Under the pieces are notes generated by a model. The model made no database searches, was not told where the DNA came from, and was given only the letters and a program-made list of their open reading frames with translations. Shown in pieces: positions 8,523-18,044 of a stretch of DNA of 38,477 nt (within the stretch, counting starts at the first letter, position 1; each line of letters opens with the position of its first letter). Source of the stretch: an uncultured Methanospirillum sp. (GTDB lineage: Archaea; Halobacteriota; Methanomicrobia; Methanomicrobiales; Methanospirillaceae). A program made the position numbers and the translations under genes. The stretch lies in contig CAZWTX010000026.1 in NCBI GenBank assembly GCA_964637135.1, positions 1 to 38,477 on the forward strand, written 5' to 3'.

Positions 8523-9545
8523 ATGTTCATGTTTGAAAAGGAACAGACGGTCCTTGACTTCAACGGCTACAAGCTCGGAGGACAGCCTGGGGAATACCCC
8601 CGTGCACTCGGTGCATCGATATTTTACAACAAGCACGAGACCGTGCTTGACGAACACACTGGCAAGATTGACAAGGCCAAGGCCGAAGCACTCTGGAACC
8701 GCTGTGTCGAGCTGTATGATATTACCGGAAGCTGGTATTTCTGTCAGATTATTGGTGAATTCGGAGCAGCATTCGAGTCATACATTGACTGGTTCTGCGG
8801 TATTGATGACCAGTTCCCATTCCTGATGGATTCATCAGATCCGGCAGCACTGGCACATGCCTGTAAGTATGTGACTGAAGCTGGTGTCGCAGACCGTGCC
8901 GTCTACAACTCCATCAACGGTTCAATCGGACCGGAAAACATCGAGGCAATCAAGAAGTCCGATGTCGATGCAGCAATCGTTCTTGCATTCAACCCGGGTG
9001 ACCCAAGCGTCCGCGGTCGTGAGAAGGTGCTGAACGAAGGTGGCGTTGCAGGGCAGGAAAAATCAATGCTTGCGATCGCAGAAGAATGCGGTATCAAGCG
9101 CCCGATCCTCGACACTGCAGCAACTCCCCTCGGTCTCGGATCCGGTGGTTCATTCCGTGAGATCCTTGCCTGCAAGGCACTCCATGGACTGCCAACCGGT
9201 GGTGCATACCACAACATGACCGTCTCCTGGACCTGGCTCAAGCGCTGGAGAAAGAGCGGTATCCTTGACCGGTACAAAGATGCAGGAGTCCTGCTTGAGC
9301 AGATGGGACACCACCACTTCGGCGGTGTTGAGGGTATCCGTCAGGCTGCCTGGTCATCTGCTGATATCGGCTGTAACATTATGGCAGCAACTCTTGGTGC
9401 TGACCTTATCATGTTCGGTCCGATTGAGAACTGTGAAGCAACTGCAACTGCAATGGCATTCACTGACATCGTCCTCGCCGAGACTCTTCGTGAGCTTGGT
9501 GGCGATGTAAAGGCAGAAAAACACCCAATCTTCAGCCTGGTTTAA
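8523..9545 (+). CDS. mtrH: Mtr subunit H
   Basis: MFMFEKEQ...GGQPGEYP, YNSIN, GADLIMFGPIEN. Confidence 0.97.
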   Translation: MFMFEKEQTVLDFNGYKLGGQPGEYPRALGASIFYNKHETVLDEHTGKIDKAKAEALWNRCVELYDITGSWYFCQIIGEFGAAFESYIDWFCGIDDQFPFLMDSSDPAALAHACKYVTEAGVADRAVYNSINGSIGPENIEAIKKSDVDAAIVLAFNPGDPSVRGREKVLNEGGVAGQEKSMLAIAEECGIKRPILDTAATPLGLGSGGSFREILACKALHGLPTGGAYHNMTVSWTWLKRWRKSGILDRYKDAGVLLEQMGHHHFGGVEGIRQAAWSSADIGCNIMAATLGADLIMFGPIENCEATATAMAFTDIVLAETLRELGGDVKAEKHPIFSLV

Positions 9546-9551
9546 TCCAGT

Positions 9552-9568
9552 CTTTTTTCTTTTTTTTT
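9552..9568 (+). terminator. Oligo-T terminator of the mtr operon
   Basis: Long T tract immediately after the mtrH stop. Confidence 0.7.
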
Positions 9569-9749
9569 GCCCTCTCTATCCTCCAGATAGCCAGAACAGA
9601 GTGGTCATTAGCGAAAAGAACCAGAAACTGGTGCCTCAGAGGATTTCAACGATCCGTTTTACCGGTCTCTCATTCCAAATCTACCGTTAAGAGGGTATTC
9701 TATTCCATCCCGCCTGCACGGTATTGGTAAGGGTGAAAAGAGGAAGGAC

Positions 9750-10077
9750 GGGGGCGATGAATATGGACATAATCACCCAGGATTGTCCGTTTTCCGGTGA
9801 AACGCGGGGTTAAGATCTCTTCCAGAAGAGTCGTACAGCTAAGAAGTGGAAAATCGGAGAGTCCTTTAAGAGATAATCCTTGTAGGGATCGAGTTTACTG
9901 GGTTTATTTCGACTTTGTTGTTCAGGGGGTTTGGAGTCTTCCTGTAAATATTTCTGGATGGTCTTTCGATCATATCCGGTTTCTCGGGAAAATGCACTCT
10001 GATATTCACCCTGCCATACTATTCGGTTTGTTCTGACGTTTGTTCGGGTGCATGTAGTATTCCTCCAATTCCACCAT
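9750..10077 (-). pseudogene. istA: IS21 transposase fragment with at least two frameshifts
   Basis: MVELEEYYM / SAFSRETGYDRKTIQKYL...PSKLDPYKDYL...AVRL / LEEI...FTGKRTILGDYV separated by frameshifts; truncated before the DDE core. Confidence 0.82.
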
Positions 10078-10185
10078 GCGAGGACACCAGGTAGGTGATC
10101 CTGGTGCCGCACGGGGAATTTTATTCCGGCATACCTGGGGAAAATTATCCCGGAGAGAGTGAGGAAAAATAGACCGGCAGTGACA
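9750..10185 (-). mobile_element. IS21-family remnant (one end plus degraded 5' part of istA)
   Basis: Terminal TGTCA at 10185; three 19-bp repeats at 24-bp spacing (10113, 10137, 10161); IstA-like HTH peptide; no istB seen. Confidence 0.85.
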
Positions 10186-10468
10186 CGTGTTCTAACAATA
10201 ATTCAGTATGGCATCCACTTACCGACATCAGGCAATAAAATGGCGGATTTTTTCAGACGTGAAGAAACACCCTTCGTAGATTCGTTGATTTGACTGATCC
10301 ATCCATTCCAGGCACGGGTATAATCTTCCCAGAGTGTAAGTCCAGCTGAAGAGAGAGCGGAAACCGGTTTTTCTTATATAATAAACTGTTTAATGATATA
10401 TGCAAGATCGGGTTTTCCGACAGAGCCTGACAAGTGGTTTAAAGGAGATCCATCCATAAAAAGGAGAG

Positions 10469-10663
10469 ATGAAACTGGAGTTCCCGGACGGCAGATCAGA
10501 AGAGATTATCCCAGGAGGCCGGACTATCGAGACAGTTGCTCTTGACATGGGAATTGAACCTCTGGAAGTAATATTTTCAAGAAACGGGGAGATCATTCCT
10601 GAAGACTACATACCGAGTGAACATGACAGCATCAGAGTCATAAGGATTTCACATGGCGGATGA
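10469..10663 (+). CDS. MoaD/ThiS-like ubiquitin-fold sulfur carrier (SAMP/TtuB-like)
   Basis: 64 aa, RNGEIIPED, C-terminal GG; AGGAG RBS; overlaps the thiolase gene. Confidence 0.88.
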   Translation: MKLEFPDGRSEEIIPGGRTIETVALDMGIEPLEVIFSRNGEIIPEDYIPSEHDSIRVIRISHGG

Positions 10664-11564
10664 GCCTCCGATATGCTCACATTGTACGAGGCGTGCCGTC
10701 ATTCGTGATCGCACAACCGGGGAACATCTCTGCAGGGATCACCTGATAACATCCGTTGAGGATCGCGTCTTTCGCTCCCTGGAGGATGAAGAGCATCTCC
10801 CGGACGTTCTTGGAGTTGCATTCAGTGGTGGAAAGGATAGTTCTGCCCTGATCGCTGTCCTGGCGGCACTTGCCGGACGAATACCGGTCCGGATGATCGC
10901 ATTAACCATAGACGAGGGAATCTGTGGGTACCGGGAGGAGACGATCCGTGCAGCAGAGACGATTGCTGCAAAATACGGAGTAGAGCACCGGATAATCTCT
11001 TTCAGGGAACTCTTCGGCAAATCACTGGATGAGATCATTCTGGGTGAACCTGGCCGCGCCTGTACGATATGTGGTATTCTCCGCCGCCGTGCTCTGGAAA
11101 TCCTCGCGAGGAAAGAAGGAGTCAGGGTAATTGCAACCGGTCACAACCTGGATGATATGGCCCAGACGGCAGTCATGAATGCAATTTCCGGAGATGTGAA
11201 GAAGGTCTTTGCCGGAAGGGAAATCTCTGACCACTATGCAAAACGCATCAAACCCTTTGCCAGGGTGAGTGAACGTGAAGTCACCATCTATGCGATGCTT
11301 GCCGGAGTGTATCATGCCCTCCCCGAATGTCCATATGCTGGTTTCTCCCTCCGCGGAGAAGTACGCCATCTTCTCAACGCGTATGAGCGGGAACACCCGG
11401 GAACCATGATGAACGCTGCAAAATGCGAGGAAACACTGAGAACGGCCCTCGGACCGGTTTACCCGGCCGGTGAACAGATTGTCTGTGAGTCCTGTGGCTG
11501 GCCTGCTTCTTCCGCTTTCTGCCAGGTCTGTATGATCACCGGGAAAGGGAATCCCCGCAATTAA
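10653..11564 (+). CDS. tRNA 2-thiolation protein, TtuA/NcsA/Ctu1 family
   Basis: N-terminal CxxC..CxxH, PP-loop SGGKDS, CTICG..RR, GHNLDD, CPY, C-terminal CxxC..CxxC. Confidence 0.92.
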   Translation: MADEPPICSHCTRRAVIRDRTTGEHLCRDHLITSVEDRVFRSLEDEEHLPDVLGVAFSGGKDSSALIAVLAALAGRIPVRMIALTIDEGICGYREETIRAAETIAAKYGVEHRIISFRELFGKSLDEIILGEPGRACTICGILRRRALEILARKEGVRVIATGHNLDDMAQTAVMNAISGDVKKVFAGREISDHYAKRIKPFARVSEREVTIYAMLAGVYHALPECPYAGFSLRGEVRHLLNAYEREHPGTMMNAAKCEETLRTALGPVYPAGEQIVCESCGWPASSAFCQVCMITGKGNPRN

Positions 11565-11650
11565 GAGGAAAAAGGATCTGTTCCAGATCCGGGTATTGCC
11601 CCATCCCGCTCATGTATGTACCATAACCACCAATACTCTCAAAGCGATCG

Positions 11651-12853
11651 ATGAAACCGGATCACGTCATCTACATGGACCATTCTGCAACAACACCAAC
11701 CCATCCGGAGGTTTTCATGGCAATGCAGGAATGGTTCTCCGAACGGTATGGAAATCCGTCCTCCTTGTACCGTATTGCGCGGGAAGCCCAGAGTGCGCTC
11801 ACTACTGCACGGGAAGAGGTAGCACAGGCACTTCATGCAACGCCCGAAGAGATCTTCTTCACTTCAGGTGGGACTGAGTCGGATAACTGGGCACTCATCG
11901 GAACGGCATTTGCTTTCAAAAAGAAAGGAAACCACATCATTACCAGTTCGATAGAACATCATGCCATCCTGCATACCTGTGATTACCTGCAAAGGCAGGG
12001 ATTCTCGATAACCTACCTCCCGGTTGATGATCAGGGTCTGATAAACCCTGCAGATGTCAGGGCGGCGATAACGGATCAGACTATCCTCGTCTCTGTGATG
12101 TATGCAAATAATGAGATCGGGACAATCCAGCCAATCGCTGAAATTGGTGCGATATGTAGGGAGAAAGGAGTGCTCTTCCATACTGATGCCGTCCAGGCGA
12201 TTGGAAATGTCCCGATCGATGTTCATGAACAGAATATCGATCTCCTCTCCCTCTCTGCCCACAAGTTCTATGGTCCGAAAGGCACCGGTGCCCTGTATAT
12301 CCGCAAAGGTGTCCGGATAGATAATTACCTCCACGGGGGCGGACAGGAGAAGCGCAGGCGGGCAGGCACTGAGAATGTAGCCGGAATTGTCGGAATGGGA
12401 AAGGCAATCGCCCGGGCTACGGCATCCATGGACGAGCGGACGAAGAGAACAAAAGCACTCCGTGACACCCTCCTTACAAACATCCTTGCACAGATCCCGA
12501 ATACCCGGCTGAACGGGCACCCGGAAAAACGGCTTCCCGGCAACATCAACGTCAGCTTCGAGTTCATCGAAGGAGAATCACTGCTGCTTCTCCTCGATCA
12601 CGCCGGGATCTGTGGGTCAACCGGGAGTGCCTGCTCTTCCGGATCACTTGAACCATCACATGTACTTCTCTCTATCGGGGTTCCGATCGAGATATCTCAC
12701 GGATCTCTCCGGCTGACCCTGGGTTCAGGGAATACCGAAGAGGAGATCGCATATGTGCTTGAAGAACTCAAAAAAGCAGTACAGAGACTCCGGGAGATGT
12801 CCCCGCTCTATGCTGATCATCTGAAGAAAGCGAGGAACTGCAATGTACAGTGA
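11651..12853 (+). CDS. iscS: Cysteine desulfurase IscS/NifS
   Basis: YMDHSATTP, FTSGGTESDN, SAHKFYGPKG, GSACSS. Confidence 0.97.
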   Translation: MKPDHVIYMDHSATTPTHPEVFMAMQEWFSERYGNPSSLYRIAREAQSALTTAREEVAQALHATPEEIFFTSGGTESDNWALIGTAFAFKKKGNHIITSSIEHHAILHTCDYLQRQGFSITYLPVDDQGLINPADVRAAITDQTILVSVMYANNEIGTIQPIAEIGAICREKGVLFHTDAVQAIGNVPIDVHEQNIDLLSLSAHKFYGPKGTGALYIRKGVRIDNYLHGGGQEKRRRAGTENVAGIVGMGKAIARATASMDERTKRTKALRDTLLTNILAQIPNTRLNGHPEKRLPGNINVSFEFIEGESLLLLLDHAGICGSTGSACSSGSLEPSHVLLSIGVPIEISHGSLRLTLGSGNTEEEIAYVLEELKKAVQRLREMSPLYADHLKKARNCNVQ

Positions 12854-13271
12854 AAAAGTAATGGATCATTTCATGAACCCGCGCAACCAGGGAGAGATCG
12901 CTGATGCAGACGGGGTAGGAGAGGTAGGAAACCCCACCTGCGGGGATATCATGCGGATCTACATCTCGGTGAAGGATGAGATCATCACTGAGGTCAAATT
13001 CCAGACCTTCGGTTGTGGTGCCGCTGTCGCCTCAAGCAGCATGGCAACCGAGATGATTAAAGGAAAGACCCTGAAAGAGGCATGGGACGTATCCAACAAG
13101 GCAGTGGCGGAGGCCCTCGAAGGCCTCCCCCCGGTCAAGATGCACTGCTCAGTTCTCGCCGAAGAAGGAATACACAAGGCGATCAATGATTACCGGGTAA
13201 AAAAAGGTCTTGAGCCCTGGGAGGAGAAGAAAGGGCATCATCACCACGAAACCGCAACCGGTGAATCCTGA
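12843..13271 (+). CDS. iscU: Fe-S cluster scaffold IscU/NifU-like
   Basis: MYSEKVMDHF.NPRN, NPTCGD, GCGAA, LPPVKMHCS. Confidence 0.97.
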   Translation: MYSEKVMDHFMNPRNQGEIADADGVGEVGNPTCGDIMRIYISVKDEIITEVKFQTFGCGAAVASSSMATEMIKGKTLKEAWDVSNKAVAEALEGLPPVKMHCSVLAEEGIHKAINDYRVKKGLEPWEEKKGHHHHETATGES

Positions 13272-13378
13272 AGATACCCAGTTTGTCTTCCGGTAAGGGG
13301 ATTCCCTGGAAACCGGTTTGTGCAGGATACCCTCCCCAGATAGAACCGGTTATATCCAATATAACCGTACGTGAATAT

Positions 13379-13900
13379 ATGAAACACCGGGAAAAGTATC
13401 GATCCCATCCAATTCTCATTTCCATCCTTCTGTTCTCTGTACTCGGATGTATGATCCTCTGTTCAGGAGCAGGAGCAGAATCCTCCCTTTCAGCCATACT
13501 GGATCAGGAACCGGGAGATCCGATCCTGCAGATCATTGCAGTGGATCTTCCCCCCGGGGAAGGCCAGGTGCATGCAGGTGAAGAGATCCATCCATCACTG
13601 GTTCTTCACAATGACGGAGCCGCGGTGGAAAAAACAACCCTGAACGTGAAGGCGGCCCTCGGACCGGTGAGCCTGATACCGGTCCGGGCAACCGCTGACC
13701 TGCCGGCACCAGGGGAAAACCTGACGATTCCGCTCGTATATACCATCCCGGCAGCCGCTTCTTCCCACGGATATCCTCTTGTCCTCACCGTGGAGAGCGA
13801 CAGTGACGATTCACCGGTAAAGACGGCGAGTAAAGCCTCCGATATGACAATTGTCGTACGTTCAGCAGCCCCGGTCACCGGTGGCTGCGGATGCTCCTGA
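13379..13900 (+). CDS. Secreted hypothetical protein, CARDB/Ig-like fold, C-terminal GGCGCS
   Basis: Signal peptide ending GAGA; V.AGEEI...VLHNDG beta pattern; ATG 13379 lies downstream of TTATAT. Confidence 0.7.
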   Translation: MKHREKYRSHPILISILLFSVLGCMILCSGAGAESSLSAILDQEPGDPILQIIAVDLPPGEGQVHAGEEIHPSLVLHNDGAAVEKTTLNVKAALGPVSLIPVRATADLPAPGENLTIPLVYTIPAAASSHGYPLVLTVESDSDDSPVKTASKASDMTIVVRSAAPVTGGCGCS

Positions 13901-13909
13901 CCCTATACA

Positions 13910-14545
13910 TCAGGCCCTTCCTTTTTTCAGAGCGAGTACCTGGCTCCGGAGAGAACGGACCGCATCTTCCATGACCGGACTGCTGATAACTGCGGATATA
14001 ACCGCAATTCCGTCTGCACCGGCTGATATTACCCGATCCACGTTCCCGGGGCCGATACCGCCAATCGCAAGAACCGGTATCGAGACGCGTGCCCTGACCT
14101 CTCGGATCAGCCCGGTTCCAAGACCTGAACCTGCGTCCTTTTTCGACCCGGTTGCAAAAACCGGGCTGATTACCACATAATCTGCTCCTTCCTGTTCAGC
14201 TTGGACTGCCGCCCCGGCCGAGTTGATCGAGACACCAATGATAAACGGACGGGGAGCAATTGCACGGGCAACAGAGACGGGAAGATCATCCTGACCGAGA
14301 TGGACCCCGTCAGCCCCCGATGCAAGGGCGATATCAAGCCGGTCATTCACAATGAATAGAACACGACCGGCCTCACAAATCCTTTGCATCCGGCAGGCCG
14401 TTTCAAGGAGGATACGTGTCGGTTTGTGCTTGTCCCTGAGCTGGACAACATCGGCTCCTCCCCGGACAGCTGCCCCGGCGATCATCTCGTGACTCTTTCC
14501 CGCACTAATCTCCTCGTCGGTGACGACATACAACTCGTAAGACAT
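13910..14545 (-). CDS. thiE: Thiamine-phosphate synthase
   Basis: LYVVTD, VQLRDK, VNDRLDIA, GVHLGQDD, AIGGI. Confidence 0.96.
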   Translation of the reverse strand: MSYELYVVTDEEISAGKSHEMIAGAAVRGGADVVQLRDKHKPTRILLETACRMQRICEAGRVLFIVNDRLDIALASGADGVHLGQDDLPVSVARAIAPRPFIIGVSINSAGAAVQAEQEGADYVVISPVFATGSKKDAGSGLGTGLIREVRARVSIPVLAIGGIGPGNVDRVISAGADGIAVISAVISSPVMEDAVRSLRSQVLALKKGRA

Positions 14546-14547
14546 CA

Positions 14548-15348
14548 CTATACCGGTATGATGCGGCACCCGGCAGCCAGATCGGCAGGTTCCAGGACAG
14601 CAAGACAGTCATGAAGGGCTATCCGGAACGATCCCGGCCCTGCTGCCTTTTTTGCGGCCATCTCCCCGGCAAGTCCGAACAGGGCAAGCGCAGTGACCGT
14701 TGAAGATAGCAGGTCAGAGGTGACCGCGGCACAACCCCCGGTGACTGATGAGGCCATGCACCCGGTTCCCGAGATCCGCCCCATCATCGAATGTCCGTTT
14801 CTCACCTCCAGAACCTCCTTTCCATCACTGACCAGATCAACCGGGCCACTCATTGCCACGATAACCCCTGATTCTTCAGCATACTCCCGGCAGATATCCG
14901 TTGGGTTTCCGGTTACACCTCCTGAATCAACACCCCTGACACGGGCATCACGTCCGGCAAGTGTTCCAATCTCCCCTGCATTCCCTTTTATAATACTGAT
15001 ATCAAGTTCATCGATCAACTGGCAGGCAATCCGGGTACGAAAGGATGTGGCTCCTGCACCGACCGGATCAAGAATAATTGGGATGCCCTGCTTTCCGGCA
15101 GCTTTTCCGGCGAGGATCATGGATGCAACCTGGTTGTTATCCAGTGTTCCGATATTCAGGACAAGAGCTCCGGCAAATGTGACCATATCAGCCACTTCTT
15201 CAGGAGCATGGGCCATCACCGGCGCCGCCCCGAGGCTGAGGGTGATGTTTGCACAATCGTTCACCGTCACATAATTGGTGATATGATGGACAAGCGGTTT
15301 CTTCTGCCTGACATCTGCGAATATGCGGGAATACAACTCATTACACAT
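14548..15348 (-). CDS. thiM: Hydroxyethylthiazole kinase
   Basis: [39 protein letters not shown]; start moved to ATG 15348. Confidence 0.96.
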   Translation of the reverse strand: MCNELYSRIFADVRQKKPLVHHITNYVTVNDCANITLSLGAAPVMAHAPEEVADMVTFAGALVLNIGTLDNNQVASMILAGKAAGKQGIPIILDPVGAGATSFRTRIACQLIDELDISIIKGNAGEIGTLAGRDARVRGVDSGGVTGNPTDICREYAEESGVIVAMSGPVDLVSDGKEVLEVRNGHSMMGRISGTGCMASSVTGGCAAVTSDLLSSTVTALALFGLAGEMAAKKAAGPGSFRIALHDCLAVLEPADLAAGCRIIPV

Positions 15349-15533
15349 GAATAAATCCTGATCAGGGTGATCTGTCTCAGCAAGGGGGAGTAGACGACCA
15401 TAAGGATTTCGAATCAGACCGGGGATACCATCAGGTTTCCCTGCCGCCAGGCGGTAGACGGCAGGCTTTCCCTCTTCCGGATTCAAAGAGACCGGAACGA
15501 CCGACCAGGGGTATGGAAAGTGATCGGGCGGAC

Positions 15534-17987
15534 CTACGCCTCCGGATCTTCTCCGTCCGGCTGCTCCGGGAGCGTACAGATGTCATCGAATAACTGGAGA
15601 AATTCATCCGCAGACCTGAACCGGTGCCGCTTCTCGGGGGTGAGCAGCCGTTTCATCAGGTTCAGACATCCGATCTCATCGGCAAGATCATCGGAGATAT
15701 CAGGGACAAATTCATCGTTCCGCTCTGGTAGTGCCCCGGTCACGAGCCAATACCAGATTGCCCCGAGCTGGTAGAGATCTGTCCGTCTTCCCTTGTTGCC
15801 ATACCTCTCCGGGCGGACCTGTTCAGGTGCCAGGATAAAGAACTCCTCCGGGGATCCGATGCCGGAATGACGGAGCGATTCCTTGATCAGACCTGATATC
15901 TTTGGGACCATGCCATCATCAAGGAGGATGTGCTTTGGAGAGAGATGGTAATGTCTCACCCCCTTTGCGTGGAGATACGCAAGACCGCTCGTCAGCTGTT
16001 TCATGAGCGGAATCCAGGTCGCCGGAGGGATCGGGACAGGAAGATCACGAAGAAGAGTGATTTTTTTACCTTCATACTTCACCCCTGATGCATACTCAAG
16101 TTCCAGGAAGGTCACCGGATCGAACTCAGCCCTGAACATCTTGAGTACATTCGGATGACGAAGCTGGTAGAGCACTGAAATCTCGGTGTAGAACGAAGAA
16201 CCGGGATCTTCCATCATGTTTGGAATCTTTAAGACCCTCAGTTCACGGGTATCATTTTTCATCGCCAGGATAAGCACGGCAAACGGATCCCTGCCGATGA
16301 TCCTTATTGCCGTATACCGCTCCTCAAGGGGGTCGGGGAATTCCTCAACCAGTTTCGGTTCAGGAAGGTTCTCTTCTTTCTTTTTCCTGCGTTTCGCCAC
16401 GATCTGCTCGATTGCGGCAAGTGCACCCTCATGGTCAGGATTCCGCCTGAGCACCTCTTCGAGCATCGCAAGTGCCTCTTCTTCAAGGTTCCAGCCCTGG
16501 AGAATGAGCGCACGACGGTAGAGGGCATCGGTCTCCTCTGCTTCACGGGTAAAAGAATGCCCGAAGAACTCGTACGCTTTCTCAAGAACCCCGCGTGCAA
16601 GGAAGGCAATTCCCTTGTTATACGGAACCTGCAGGATACGAATCAGTTCTTTTCCCCCCAGAAGGAGGCGGACTGGCAGCCTGACCAGATAATCGTCGTT
16701 TTCCGGTTCGTTCAGTTCCAGGGAGAGGTGACCTTCCTCACCAGGTTTGAGAAACAGTCCGCCGGATTCAAGATTTTCCCCCGAACGGTTTACCACTGAC
16801 ACCCGGGCAGTTGCTGATCCCGGATTAACATCAAACTCCTTCAGGGTGACATCAACTGCTTCACCATCTCCTGCTGCGGAATCAGGGGTGAGAAGCGAGA
16901 GGAGGCTGCCAAGTCCGAGAAGCGGATCAGGATCCTCCTTCACAATCGTGCGACGAAACCCGGGTCGGGAAACCGGTGATCCGGACCCGGATTTACGTTT
17001 GTCAGGACCATCTGATCCTGAACCCGGACCAGTGGACAACGGTGTGAAAAGACGGGGCTTGTGGTGAAGCCGATCAATGAGTTTGTCAGTCTCTCTTGCC
17101 CGCATCTCCCCTTCTGTCTCTTCTTCAGAGTCGTTCTGTCGCTTTTCCTGTTCCTCTTCATCCGTCTTCCGCTTCTTAACTGCATACACCATCACGGTAA
17201 TACATGCTGCAACGAGGAGAAGGATGACCAGGATCAGGGGGATATTTGCCGTGATGTACCCGAGGAGGGTTCCGTCACTGACCGGCCCGGCCCGTTGACG
17301 AGTCAGATCAGGCTCCGGTTTTTCCGGAGTAAAATACAGGGTTGATATCGTTCCTTCTGCTACTTCGACAAGTTTCTCCTGTTGAAACCCGGGACCGGAG
17401 ACCGAGATGAGGTATGCTCCCGGTTTCAGATCAGGAACGATCCCGGGAAGATACCCCTGATCCACACCGTTCACCGTGTACGTGAGATCCGGACGGAATC
17501 CCTGGACCAGAATTGATCCGTTTACCGGGGAACTAATCCCGTTCTGGGGAACGATGGTAACGGTATCGGTATGTACCTCGGTAATCCGTTGATCTCCCTG
17601 TGCCGAACGCATCGACACTGAGAAGGAGACCTCTTCCATTCCCGGGCCGGCTACCGGGATCAGGGTGGTAAAAAAAGTGATGCTCTGTCCCGGGCTGATA
17701 TTGACTCCCTCCGGGATCTCCACGAAGACCGGCATGGCGACAAACCGGGTAATGTCACCTTCATAGAAGAGACCGGTCCGGTGGAAACCATTTTCCCAGC
17801 TCGTCAGCCCGGTATTTTTGAACGTGAGCATCACCGGGTAGGAACGGCCCTGTTCCATCCGGTCAGGGATAGTATCATTCACATACGCCGGACCGAAAAG
17901 AGAAAAATCATACCCGGACGCAGCCACTGAACCCGGAATGAGGAATAGGAGTACCAACACGACAAAAAGATGATAATGCCCGGGCAT
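15534..17987 (-). CDS. Single-pass receptor-like protein: signal peptide, Ig-like, PEGA-like, TM, TPR, Ser/Thr kinase fold (probable pseudokinase)
   Basis: VLK, EISVL, HPNVL, LAPEQ, TDLYQLG present; HYHLSPKH replaces HRDLKPxN and KISGL replaces KIxDFG. Confidence 0.88.
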   Translation of the reverse strand: MPGHYHLFVVLVLLFLIPGSVAASGYDFSLFGPAYVNDTIPDRMEQGRSYPVMLTFKNTGLTSWENGFHRTGLFYEGDITRFVAMPVFVEIPEGVNISPGQSITFFTTLIPVAGPGMEEVSFSVSMRSAQGDQRITEVHTDTVTIVPQNGISSPVNGSILVQGFRPDLTYTVNGVDQGYLPGIVPDLKPGAYLISVSGPGFQQEKLVEVAEGTISTLYFTPEKPEPDLTRQRAGPVSDGTLLGYITANIPLILVILLLVAACITVMVYAVKKRKTDEEEQEKRQNDSEEETEGEMRARETDKLIDRLHHKPRLFTPLSTGPGSGSDGPDKRKSGSGSPVSRPGFRRTIVKEDPDPLLGLGSLLSLLTPDSAAGDGEAVDVTLKEFDVNPGSATARVSVVNRSGENLESGGLFLKPGEEGHLSLELNEPENDDYLVRLPVRLLLGGKELIRILQVPYNKGIAFLARGVLEKAYEFFGHSFTREAEETDALYRRALILQGWNLEEEALAMLEEVLRRNPDHEGALAAIEQIVAKRRKKKEENLPEPKLVEEFPDPLEERYTAIRIIGRDPFAVLILAMKNDTRELRVLKIPNMMEDPGSSFYTEISVLYQLRHPNVLKMFRAEFDPVTFLELEYASGVKYEGKKITLLRDLPVPIPPATWIPLMKQLTSGLAYLHAKGVRHYHLSPKHILLDDGMVPKISGLIKESLRHSGIGSPEEFFILAPEQVRPERYGNKGRRTDLYQLGAIWYWLVTGALPERNDEFVPDISDDLADEIGCLNLMKRLLTPEKRHRFRSADEFLQLFDDICTLPEQPDGEDPEA

Positions 17988-18044
17988 TCGTCCTAATCTC
18001 CTCTGGTATGGTTAGTTTAAGACAATATACAGATATCGGAATCG

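Noticed and set aside
10113..10179. Three regularly spaced repeats resembling a mini-CRISPR
   Set aside because: Spacers are only 5 bp, no cas genes are present, and IS21 terminal repeats explain them.
10203..10372. Start-less minus-strand open frame (...LTLWEDYTRAWNGWISQ...)
   Set aside because: No start codon near its 5' end and no recognisable homology.
10361..13351. Recurring AACCGGTT palindromes near promoters (10362, 13311, 13344)
   Set aside because: CCGG-centred words are very frequent throughout this sequence, so recurrence is expected.
13898..13900. TGA after CGCS as possible selenocysteine
   Set aside because: Read-through runs straight into convergent thiE, no SECIS is evident, and this lineage is not known to use Sec.
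15349..15486. N-terminal extensions in the ORF track (thiM here; also tfx, ftsA, NifX 982, mtrA-G 7733)
   Set aside because: They result from upstream alternative start codons; family similarity and RBS/TATA positions support the downstream ATGs.
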